A DNA stretch of 64,000 bases from Bilabrum cf. latius (taxonomy: Eukaryota): the NCBI GenBank assembly GCA_965178125.1, contig OZ237767.1:620001-684000 (forward strand), given 5' to 3'. Shown piece by piece: positions 1-11,000 of the stretch. The notes beneath the pieces were generated by a model that saw only the letters and a list, made by a program, of their open reading frames with translations, made no database searches and had not been told where the DNA came from. The position numbers and the translations under genes were made by a program. How positions within the stretch are numbered: position 1 is the stretch's first letter; each line of letters opens with the position of its first letter.

Positions 1-854
1 GTACCCCGGCCCCGGCCCAGAGGGCGACCCATCCCGCAGGGCGTACCCCGTGAGCTCAACGGACATGTCCCGCAGCTCGACGCCCCAGACCGGCGGCGGG
101 ATCGCCTGCTCGGCGCCATGCGCAGCAGCACTACCGTGCAATGCGCCTGCGTCGTCCACGAGCTCGTCACCCACGGCGAGCCCCGTGCCCTCTCGCGGCA
201 ACCCGGAGACGAGGGGAACAAACACGCAGGACCAGTCGCTGCCGTTCCCAGGGGCCGTCCCCGACTCCGGCTCGGCCTGCCCCTGCCCCTGCCCCTGCAC
301 GAGGCACCAAGGGCCCGGCCCGCTCCAGCCCTCGCTCCCGTTGGTGCTGCCTCCTTCACCCTGGGGAACAGCTCCAAGCGGGAGCCGGAACGCAAGCACC
401 GGGGGATTGGACTGCGCCTCCGCGGTGTAGCCGGGCAACCGTGCGACGGCTGGTTCGTTGCCACCGTGCGACCCATTCCCCCCGGGCAGCCCGCCCTCCT
501 CCGGCAATCCCCCTCCTCCTCCTCCTCCGTCGCCGAGCCCCTGCCAGCGTGCCATCACCGCCGATAGGACGCCGGTGCTGACCAGGCCCAGGCCAAACTG
601 CTCGGGAACAGGGACCGGGATCGCGTTTCCCGCGTCTTTGACCACCCGCAGTTCCTCGTCGGATTTGCCTTCCCTGAGGTCGGACCCGGGCATGGGGAAC
701 AGCGCCCTCCGCTCCCACGGAGGCACGTCGCACCAGAGCCCGCCCCACCCCCCCGTGCACCGGCACCATGCCCCGCCACTGCCAGGGGGGGTCGCGCTCC
801 CATCCCGCCAGCCGGTGATCCTGCTGCTGCTGGTGCTGCTGCTGCTGGTGCTGC

Positions 855-886
<32 letters not shown>

Positions 887-3800
887 GTGCTGCTGCTGCT
901 GCTGCTCCCCCCCGCAAGGTTGCTCTCCCCGTCCATGTGTGCCCACCTCCTGTGGCACTCCCCGTGCACCCCGCAGGACACCCTCGAGCAAGGGTCCCCC
1001 GGCAGCATCAGGCTCCCGAACAGCTCCAGTCCGGCCGCGTTCAGGTACAGTGACCCGCCCTGCGTCTCGTCTGCCTGCCTGAGCCGGAAGGCACGGAAGG
1101 CCAAAGGAAACCGTGGCTCTAGCCCAGCACCAGCACCAGCACCAGCACCAGCACCAGCACCAGCACCAGCACCAGCACCAGCACCAGCACCAGCACCAGC
1201 ACCAGCACCAGCACCAGCACCAGCACCAGCACCAGCACCAGCGCTGGCCAGACCAGCCCCGGACCCCTGCACCGCCTGCATCCAGGAAGGCACGCGGAGG
1301 CTCCAGGCAGCCGCGGCCGTGCGGTGGCCCAGGGTGGAGTCGTTGCGGTGTCGCCGCAGAGACACCCACGCGCCCCCGTGCACCTGCATGCGATGCACCA
1401 GGGACTCCATGCCGCCCACGGAATCGCTGCTGCTGCCCGCCCGACCTGGCTCGGACGATAGCTGCTGCTGCTAGGGAGCACGTGTGGTGGAAAGCAGAGG
1501 CGGGGCATCCTTCCCGACCCATGCGTCCAGGTCCCACGATGCGAGCACGTCCATCCTCCCCGAGATGGAGTCCCGCAGGCGGTATGCAGTGGGCTGCACC
1601 CTGAGCCCATCGCCCAGGTCCAGCACCCACTCGGTGCCGCGCCTGGCCCTCGAGAAGCACAGAGGACCCTCTCGCGATGCGTCCAGCAGGCAGGCAGCCC
1701 CCTGAGGAAACGGGGATGGGGGCGAGCCCGCCAGGTCCGGGGCCTCTACTCGCACGCAGGTGCGGCCCGCCCCCTCGGCGCCCACCAGGCACGACTCCGA
1801 CCCCGGGTTGAATCCGCCCGGGAAGGCCCGGGTGCCCATGTGAGTGCCCAGCCAGCGCACTACGCCAACGTCCCCCATGTCCCCCAGGGGAATTCCCCCG
1901 GAGATGCCCTCGTGGTCGAGTCGGTCCAGCTGCGCCTGGACCGTGCCCCTTGGGCGCAGCTGCAGGGGCCTCCACGCGATGGGCATGGCCAGGACGGGGC
2001 TCGGCTCCGACCTCCCGCCGTTGAGGGCATCCCGCGGCAGCTGCAGCTCGCTCTCGCCCGCAGTGCGCTGCACCCTCGGCACGGCCTGCAGCCCGAAGCT
2101 TAGGCCCCCCACGCTCTCCTCGACTCTCCCCAGCACCGCGGCCGAGCCAGAGGGCGAGGTCACCTTGGACCCGCGGTCCATGTCACGCACCATGCCCGAC
2201 GTGTCAAGGCGCACATGGGCGCTGGTGAGCCCGCTCGTGCGACTGGGATCCTCGAAGGCGTGCAGCCAGGCGGGACCCGCGAGTTGCATGGGGTGTTCCG
2301 CCAGCAGCAGCGGAGGCTAGGAGGATACGGACGGGGCCGTCCATCGAGGGGCGGGTGAGCTGCCCGATGCTCCATAGGGCCGCACCAGCCCACCCCGTTC
2401 GGTGCCCGGTACCTGCATGGTGCCCAGCACCGCTGGAAGACCGGCCAGGTCCACGGGGGCCAGGTGGTAGAGGCCAGGGGGCGAGGGCGGGGGCCAGGCC
2501 CGCACCGTCCTTGGGAGGGCCAGAGGGAGAGAAGGGGGGCGGCTCTTGCTCGCATCGTTAGCATTGCTCGCATCATCACCATTGCCTGATACCGCTGCTG
2601 CTGCTGCTGCTGCTGAGGATGATAGTGATGATGAGCGTCGACGATTTGGGGAGGGGGTGCCTGCCGATGTCCCTCTGCCCTCGGCCCCCACTAGCCGGGG
2701 GGTGCGCACCTGGCGCCAGGCCAGAGCCGCGGCTGGATGGCTGGACCTTTGCTGTTGTTGTTCTTCTTCCACATCCCACCGCACGACCGCTGGGCTGCGC
2801 TCCATGCCCGAGGACACGGGGCGCAGCTCTGCATGCGGGCTGTAGGGCACCTCTGCCACTATGGGGTGGGAGGGTGCCGAGTAGTAGAGCGCGTCCCGCG
2901 GCATGTGCAGCCGAAGGGGGCCCGGGACCGAGGCCGGCTGGAACCGCACTGCGACGTCCACGGAGAATGTCGTGCCCCTGGGCAGGTCCTCCTCCTGACT
3001 CGCGGTGAGGTTCGCCAGCAGGTCAGAGGTGAGGCCCAGGTAGGGTCCGATGAGCCGATCGGCGGTTTCCAGTGGGAGAGGGCATGCCAGTTTGGCCACC
3101 TGCGCGGCATCGGCTGCGAGGGTGCTGTCCGATGGCCCGCCTGCGATCACCCCAGCGAGGACCAGACCCGTGGATGCTACTTCAGACGAGTTGCTGCGGG
3201 TGTCCATCGCAGAGTTCCGTGCTGGGTGCAGGCACTGCGATCGCTCGATCACGGCAAAGGCAGGCCCTCCCTCCCCCCCCTCTGCCCCCGCTACACCTCC
3301 TCCTCCTCCTCCGCTCCCACCTCCCTGCTGCTGCTCCCAGGCCGGGTCAGTCACCCGGATGGAATCTCGCAAGGGGTACCTGAATCCGAACTGCCAGGGC
3401 CGGGGCGGGCGAGTGAGGAAGGCCGGCTGGTCCGTGCGCACGCCAACCCGAAGCACTCCCCTGCCGCTGTGGTGCGAAGGCAGCTGCAGCCTAGGGTAGA
3501 TGGGCTTGACCTCGCAGAACTCGCCGAAGGCAGAGGCGCCCCCCGTGCACTCGCACAGACCCAGGGTCTCGTTGCAGTACCCCCGGGGCCCGCAGTCCAG
3601 ACCCCAGCACGGGGACATTGCGCCCTCCCCCCCACTCGGGTGCAGGGTCACCACCAGCTGCCGCTCCAATCCCTGCAGCTGGGGAGAGGCCGGCGAGGGC
3701 GCCATCCCCGTCCCCGTCCCCGTGCACCGGCCCGGGTCGAACCAGTCGTGTGGCAGCTGAAACACAGAGCCCGGTGCCCCGGAAGGGTCCATCTGCAGCC

Positions 3801-6800
3801 CGGCCACCCCCGTGCGCAGCGCAGCCACCGAGGTGTCCCGGTACACCACCTGCAGCACGCCGCCTCCGATGCCGCTGCCACCGTGCCGGAGGGTGGCGAT
3901 CGCGTCCAGCTGTCGCTTGCTCCCGAGCCTGGATGGATCCGCCCCTGCTGCTGATGCTGTTGTTCCCTGGGCCGCGTGCATGGCTCCCTGCACGGCCACT
4001 CGGGTGAACGCCGCCCCCGTGCTCGCTCTCGAGGAGGCGCCCTCGAGGCCCAGGGAGTGCCGAGGGGGGCGGGCCACGTAGTGGTACCTTGTCCCCGTCG
4101 CTGGCTCGTACTCGTCACACCACAGGCAGAGCATGGGGATGTCCCTCATCTCGGGGAAGGCCGCGGACCAGACGGTCGGCAGCGCGTCCTCGTCGTACTG
4201 CACCAGCGACACGCCTCGAGTGGCCCGGAAGAAACGGTCCGTGGGGACGTAGTCGCCCGGCGGCATGAACATGATTGCATTGGATTTCGCGTTAAACGCC
4301 AGCTGCGTATACGTCTCGCCTTGCAGGCGGATGCTGGGCCGGAGGGCCGAGGAGTTGCGGCGAGCGGCGCCTGTCGGGATCGAATCGGCCGGCCCGCCGG
4401 ACGTGCCGTCCGCCGTCACAGTGCGGTCCACATACCCCTGAAACTTGGAATAGTCGTCCAAGAGCAGGTAGTCGGCGACGCAAGCCGCAGTTGCAGTGTA
4501 GCCGGACGCCAAGTCCGAGTGTGTGGCCGTCCACAGCGTGCGCAATCGCTGGGCGGAGGCGAGCGACACGCAGGCAAATTTCGCTAAAATCCGCAGAACA
4601 GTGATGGGTTTCATAGACTGTCGTTCATCCAAGCGGCATCGCAGGCAACGGGCCGAGCAGAGTCGCTTCCGATGGGAGCGCGACGCTTCGGCCGAGAGCC
4701 ATGCCGGAAGTGCCGCTGGCCCCGTGGTGTTGGGCCGCCACGGCTCTGGGCCCCGGCTGGCGGCGCCCGGCTGAGCAGACGGAGCACGCAGAGGACTTTA
4801 GCAAGTGTGCCATGCAGTTCATTTCATCACTCATCGATCCTCACTGCCGGATCGCGCGCACCTCGACCTCCGAGCCCCCCTCCCCATCCCCCTCCCCCTC
4901 CGCCCCGACCACACCGTCACCATCATCGCCACCGCTGGCATCCGGCGTCCAGGTGCTCCCGGGCGGCACGAGCAGGATCCCCCCATCGAATCCGAACTGC
5001 ACGAAAGGAACCTTCTCTCCCGCGAAGCAGGGCCGCGCCCGCACTGGCACCTGCGCCCCCGCCGTGGAGTTGTACTCCAGGTGCATGCTCGACCCCCACG
5101 AGCCACCAGCCCCACCCACAGCCCCGGGCCAATCGAACCCGGTCGCAAACCAGCCAAGCCGCTGCATGGCCTGCTCCTCGTCGGGGTTTGTCCCGACAGC
5201 CGCGTAGCAGTATCCAGACCTGCTCACTGTGGCCTGGATCTGGGGCAGCTGAGGGAGGTCGAACCCTCCCGTGATCATCGTGAAGTTCCACGACGACTGC
5301 GACTGCGACTGCGACTGGGACTACGACCGGGACTGGGACTGGGACTGGGAATGCTCTATGCCCTCACTGCCGCTGCTGCTGTTCCCTGGGAGAAACGCGC
5401 CGGGCACGTGCGCCCACACGTAGTCGCGGTCGTTGAAAGCCCTCGCCCCCTGGAACAGCCGCTGCAGAGTGAACCCGATCCCGGACACCTGCAGCAGGGC
5501 AGGCGCACCGGGGAGGGTGCTATCGTGCAGTGAACTCAGCACGCCCCCCAAGCCAGCGAGGCTCTTCACCACCGCCCTGTTCGGCGTGTCTGCGTGCACC
5601 GCCCCGCGGTAGGCCGCCGGCAGCGCAAGCACCACGTCACCTCCACCCGACTCGGAGCCTGAAACAGCACGGCCCTCGTGCCCGCCCTGAGCAGGCAGGA
5701 CCAGCAGCGACGCCCCCGCGAACCCAGTGTATCTGTGGCTGTCCGCCGGCAGGAAGCCCGTGTCGTCCCCTGCGAGCGCCCCCCTGGCAGCCCAGGCCCT
5801 AAGGTCGGGAGAGGAGAACAGGGCCAGCGTGCTGCGCTCGTCACCCACCTGCGGGTCCAGGTTCACCGCGGTGGCCGCGAGGTACGTGCTGTTCCCCGTG
5901 AACAGGTTCCGCAACCGCGCGGCGCCCGATCCGCCGCCGCTGCAGGCCGCCCCGTTGCCCGCGGTCCCGGGCTGCAGCAGACGGAAGGGCGCGTGGCCGC
6001 CGGGAAGGTTCACGAACTAGTCGAACCTCAGAGAACCTTCATCAGTGAGCTCCAGCAGGGCGGCGTGATTCCCGGGTTCGGGGTATGACTGGAAGGCAGC
6101 GAGCAGGCCAACCGTGCCCGAGGGCAGAAGCACGGGGTTGGGGCTGAGCAGGGCGGGGGCGGCGGGGGGCAGCCAGCCAGAGGACGGCCCGGGGGGCGGG
6201 ACCCAGCTGCTGTTGTAGCACACGGGGTTGGTCTGGGTCCACGCAGCGGGGGTGGAGGGGTCTGCTCCCTGGGCTGCGGAGAGGAGCAGCACGCAGCGCT
6301 TGCTATCGGACGCAGCAGACGCCCCCAGCCAGACCTTGCCGCCCGCCTCCAGCAGCGGGGTGCCGGACAGTGCGATGCCACCGAGTCCTGTTTGGGCGGT
6401 AGAGTCGCTCGATTCGTCACGCGACCGCTGCCGGAGACCCTGCAGCGGCGTGGCAGCGCTGGAAGGTGAGTTCCAGGTAGCCCCGCCGTCGGTGCTGCTG
6501 AGCACCGACACGCTTCCCGTCGTGGAATTGGCCCCTGCGCAGCTGTGTCCAACAGCATAGATTGTATTGTCACGCCAAGACACCGAAAACAAGGATGCCC
6601 CGTTCGCGAGCGGAAGAGACGACAGTGAGACCCAGCTTTCGAAGCCGCCTTGCGCATCGCCGGCAAACACCTGGCTCGGGTTGCATTTTTGAATCGTGCC
6701 GGCCGGCTTGCTTCCTACTGCAATTAGACCTTTACGGTTCAAGCAAGAAGCCACGGCTGAGACGTTGCCCACGTGACCTCCAGACTACTCCCATTGCCAC

Positions 6801-6910
6801 AAAAGCTCCAGGAATCCAAGGCTGGAATCGCGCATCTCCCGGACTCCCTACGCCCAAGCTGCTCTGCACAGTAGTATGAACCCAATAGCACACACAGCTG
6901 GCACTTGCAT
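1..6910 (-). CDS. Large secreted multidomain protein (signal peptide, Asp-box/BNR motif, EGF-like Cys motifs, galactose-binding-like/HECTD1-type domains); 3' end runs off the window
   Basis: ATG at 6910 gives MQVPAVCAIGFILLCRAAWA*GV (signal-peptide-like). In-frame TAGs at 6848, 6785, 6017, 5321, 2317 and 1471 join ORFs 6017-6772, 5321-6013, 4841-5278, 2317-4632 and 1471-2289, with one inferred intron (4771-4861). The frame stays open to base 1. Motifs: SSTDGGATW (Asp-box); CGPRGYCNETLGLCEC...GEFC and CRCTGGWGGLWC (EGF-like); GVVRWLGT...WVLDLG..VQPTAYRLRD...AFRLRQ...LELFG (HECTD1-like beta-sandwich). A further intron near 4560-4660 is possible. Confidence 0.75.
821..906. repeat. Imperfect (CTG/GTG)n trinucleotide tract encoding poly-Ser/Thr in the minus-strand gene
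   Basis: ctgctgctgctggtgctgct... visible directly; reads SSSSSST... in the coding frame. Confidence 0.85.
1124..1242. repeat. Perfect (CCAGCA)n hexamer microsatellite, ~20 copies, encoding (Ala-Gly)n on the minus strand
   Basis: Direct tandem repeat; in frame with the minus-strand gene and lying inside the galactose-binding-like domain. Confidence 0.95.
4771..4861 (-). other. Putative spliceosomal intron (91 nt, phase 0)
   Basis: GTGCGC donor at 4861 and ...ctgctcAG acceptor at 4771. It contains the in-frame TGA at 4841, and removing it joins ...GSEVE|PGAASRG... into the frame of ORF 2317-4632. Confidence 0.6.
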
Positions 6911-7297
6911 TGCAGCACGTGTGCTTCTGCGAGGGCAAGGCTGCTTCTGCCGATGCGCCGGCGAAGCCACAGCCGGCGTGACGAACGTTGCAGTGCTACC
7001 TGGGCTCAGCAAATTGCATCAGGCCCTGTTTATCCCGTAGATTCACGGACATTTCTTTGTTGATCGTGAAGTTGACCTGATTGCGGCGCCTGCGTGTCGA
7101 AACCGTCGACGTGTGGCGACCGAGATTCCAGCTGCAACTTAGAAAGATGCCAGAAGGCGTCTACGTTTGAAAAGAAGAGGAGTATTGTAAATTCCACGCA
7201 TCTAAGACAAGCATGACGACCGCCTACGATACCATCGTTTCCATTGCGCCGAGCGCATCCATCTCGAACGGTACGACTTGAAATGTCAGATTTCAAA

Positions 7298-7888
7298 TCA
7301 AAACGATCCGCTCGGTGGGGCCCCACTCTCCTTCGGACCTGTCCGAGATAAGGATAATGATCTCAAGTGCTGAAACATACTAGACTTTGGCGAATCGCTC
7401 ATGCTTGCTTGCCCAGAGCCGGTCGTGGTGCTGCTATCGGTGTATCCACCCGAGCTGACCGCAGGTAAGTCGACTCCAACGCGCATTTGCCGTGCGTACA
7501 TCCGCAACTAGTCGGATGGATGCATCACAGATCCCGGAGCTCTCGCATCTGACGGTCCTGGCGGCGTAAGCATCCGTCCTTGTGGCTCGCTGCGTGCTGG
7601 AGCAGGTGCTGCCGCTGTTGCACGCCCTGATCCTTCCCGGTGGGATCCCCACCTCGACTCGTTCTTCGCGCTTGGGGATGGCGTGCAATACTTCCAACGA
7701 GAGGGCTGCCATTTTGAGTCTACGGTCGCAGTACGACAGGTGCCACCACCTGTTCTTGGTGGCGCTACGTCGTTGACAAGCGCAGCCCATGCCGTATCTC
7801 CTTTTGTCCCCGTGTCTCTGGCATCAGAGCTTCGCGTGCGTATGCCTGAAAAGTCAGGAAGAGATTGCTCGCTGTGCTGCATTTCCAT
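7298..7888 (-). CDS. Possible short hypothetical protein
   Basis: ATG at 7888. ORFs 7508-8020 and 7298-7507 share a frame, joined by TAG at 7508, and end at TGA 7298. No recognisable domain. Confidence 0.35.
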
Positions 7889-8097
7889 CCTCGTGCTATG
7901 TGTGTCTTGGTGTGGTGCAGTGCGAAATGCACGGTCGGCGACGGAGAAACTCGCTCGTTCTTGGCTCGATTGCTCCGACGCTCGCGCATCGCCGATTCTC
8001 CGATCGCAGCTGGTTAGCAATCCTGTCGTAATCAGCTTGTCAGCAAACAGAAATAAAATCGTGCAATCAATTCATGTCGTTCACAAGCAATCGTTCA

Positions 8098-11000
8098 TCA
8101 AGTCTCCATGTGGCTCCAGGTTGCAGGAGACTGCCCGAGGTCCAGCGCCGGGAAACCCGAGGCAGCTCCCGCCGTCGCCTGCTTTGCCGCCGAGCTCACC
8201 GCCGAGCTCACCGCCGAGCATCCCGGCGACGGGCGAGCCCTCCGGGTCCTTGCAGCATGCCGCCCACCAGCAGCGCCGTCCAACGGCACCACCGAGGCTT
8301 GCACGCCGCCGGTCCCGGGGCTCCTCCTCCTCCTGCTGCCCCTGCTGCTGCTGCCACTATACCCGCCTGCAGTGGCCATGCTCCCGCCAGATGGGCTCCT
8401 GCTCCTGCTGCTCCTGCTGCCCGCTCGCCGCTGTCCCCCAGACAGACCCAGACCCGCGCCCGCGGGCGAATACCCCACCGCCGAGCCCTCGCCCTCATCC
8501 TCACCTTCATACTCTCCGCTCTCCATGGGCCCAGCTCCCCCCGTTAGCCCCGCGCCTGCGTCCAGGTCCACAGAGTCCGCCGAGCCCATCCCGCTCTCGC
8601 TGCCCTCGTCACTCTCCGAGGGGCCCGCGGGCCGCATGCGCAGCTAGGTCTGACGCATGCCCCTGCCCCTGCCCCTGCCTCTGCCTCTATGATTAGCTCC
8701 ATGCCGCCGAGACCCCGGGCCACTGGCCCCCATGGGCCCTCCGCTGCTGGCGCTGGACGCCGACCCCGGGCGGGGCCGGCCCCCCTGTAGCCTAGCCAGC
8801 GACTCGGCCTCGTATAGATGTCCCCGAGTCACCTCGTCGTGGTGGCCACGGCTCATGAGCATGCCGAACAGCCCTCCCCCTGACCGTGTGCCACCCGCAT
8901 GCACTGCCTCGTCCTCATCCTCGTCTCCTTCTTCCATCATCCGCACCTGCTGCCCGCTCTGGTCCCCGCCCATGCCAGAGGGCACGCCGAGAGACAGAAG
9001 GGTCCCGCGAGCGCCCTGGTTCTTGCGTACGGTCCTACTACTGCCGCTGCTGTCAGTCACGTCCACACTGCCAAAGTACCCCCGACCCCTGCCCCTAGCA
9101 CCTCCATGCGCATCCCTGCTAGATACACGCATACCCCCAAGCACTAGGCCGGGGAGATGCCCGGCCACGTCCTCGCTCGACCTCATGTCTGCAATGGACA
9201 GGAAGGAGCCACCCCCGTTTGAGCGGGTGAACGAGCCCCGGTCCAAGTCTTGCCCGCCAGTTGCCACTGAGCGAGTTCGCTGGGCCACAAAGGCAACGGC
9301 GCTCGCCGAGTAGTCAGCAACGTGCAGCCCTGCCGTGTTGCTGTCGGCCTAGCTGCTGCTGCTGCTGCTCGCGATCTTCCTGAGCGCGGCTGTTGTGGTT
9401 GCAGTGGTCTCCGAGTTGCCAGCCCGGGAGCGAGCACTCGGCGCCGAGTCCACTGCACGAGGCGCGCCGCCCTCGTGCCTCTTTGTGGCCGCTGCGACTG
9501 CTCCGGCCCTGCTTCTTGACCGATTGGCCTCGGGTTGCGGGTGTCGTCTGCTGGCACCCATGTCATGCCTTCTGCTGTGACCAGCGGCGCTGCCTCGCCC
9601 CTTGGTGCCGCGTGAAGGTGCCTTAGACCCACCCCTGCCCTGCTTCCTGCTCGAAGCGCCTCTGCGCTCTTGCTTCTTGGTCGGAACGCTCCCTTCCTTC
9701 CCCATTGATGCGGGCTTGCTCGCAGCTGAAGCAGACTTGTTCCTTGCCAGTTCAGTTGCCCCCGCTGCCTACTCCCCTGTCCTGGTGCGTGGCCTACCGC
9801 CGCGATTCGTCCTGCTGCCCTCCCGGCTCTTGGCCACGACCGCTGATGGGCGCTTGCGGAGGCTTGCTCGGGTCTCTTTGGGGCCCTCAGAGGGCACGGT
9901 CTCATGCGACTGACTCTTCTCGTCGCTGTGTGCTGCGCTGCTGTGGATGGCTTGCCTCCTGCGCCGTTTGCTGCGAGGAACGGTTGATCCCAGGCTGGCC
10001 TGTGCGCTCGTGTCTTCGACTGCGCCCTTCTTCAGCTCCTTTTGCTCCTGCTAGTGCTGCCTGCCTCTTCCAGTCTTCTTCCTAGCTCGCGGGGCTTTCG
10101 GCTTGGCGCTGCCGCTTGCACCACTTGGTCGATCGTGCAGGGGCCCGCGGGTCCCTTGCCGAGCCGAGGTCCTTGAGACACCCATGCCCATGCGAAGCCC
10201 GCCGCCTCCGATCCAGCCAGTGCCGCTGCCTTCAAGCGAAAGGAGGCTCTGGCTGAGTGGGGCGGTGGCCCCGCCCTAGTCACTGGCAGGAGCATCCTAT
10301 CCCGATGCAGCTCCCTCTGACTCGGCAGACAGCACCCGCCCCAGCTACTGCAGTTCCTGCACCTCCCAATCAGGGCCTGCAACAGTCGCTTGCACTGGCG
10401 CAAGGTGGTGAAGACTGCCTGGCTGCTTGCCCTGCTTCTGCCCTGGGTACCGCCATCCATTCGCTGCTGGTCCTGTAGCACCATCCTCACGCTCTTGTGG
10501 GCCGCTGCTGGCAGCCTGGTGCCTCGGTTGGCCGCCCTTCTAGGGATCAGCACCGTCTACAGGGGGCAGCTGAAGCAGCATGGATTGCAGGTGCTCCTTG
10601 GTGGCCTTGTCAATGTACTAATCCCTGGCATTGCCGATGGGAGACAAGCGCCCCGCGGTGCTGGCCTTCTTCTTGGTGTACTTGGCGCCGTCGGACGATG
10701 CAGCAGATATGTTCAGCAGCTACACTGGAGCTCGCTTGCGGGCGGATCGCCGGACCTTATCATCCGAGGGAGCAGCCTACTTCTAGTCAGCAGAGGCCGA
10801 GCTGGTGGGCCTCTTTTCTTGGGCAGAGTCGATGAGATCCTCCTGGGTCGAGTCCGCGGCCTAGCTCGGGCTTGGCGGGTCCATCATCGCGCCGGCACCC
10901 GAGCTGCTTGGCCTGCGAAACGCGCTGTCCCGCCTGGCAGCAGCTGGCCTGTCCTGCAGGGCCGGCAGCTTGGCTCGGCTGCTTGTGCTCCTCGCCGAGT

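Noticed and set aside
1124-1242. CRISPR array or telomeric repeat
   Set aside because: No spacers; it is a simple coding hexamer tandem inside an exon.
356-1975. ORFs with (WC)n, (QH)n, (PA)n or (VL)n runs
   Set aside because: Alternative frames of the CCAGCA microsatellite. The frame carrying recognisable domains reads (AG)n.
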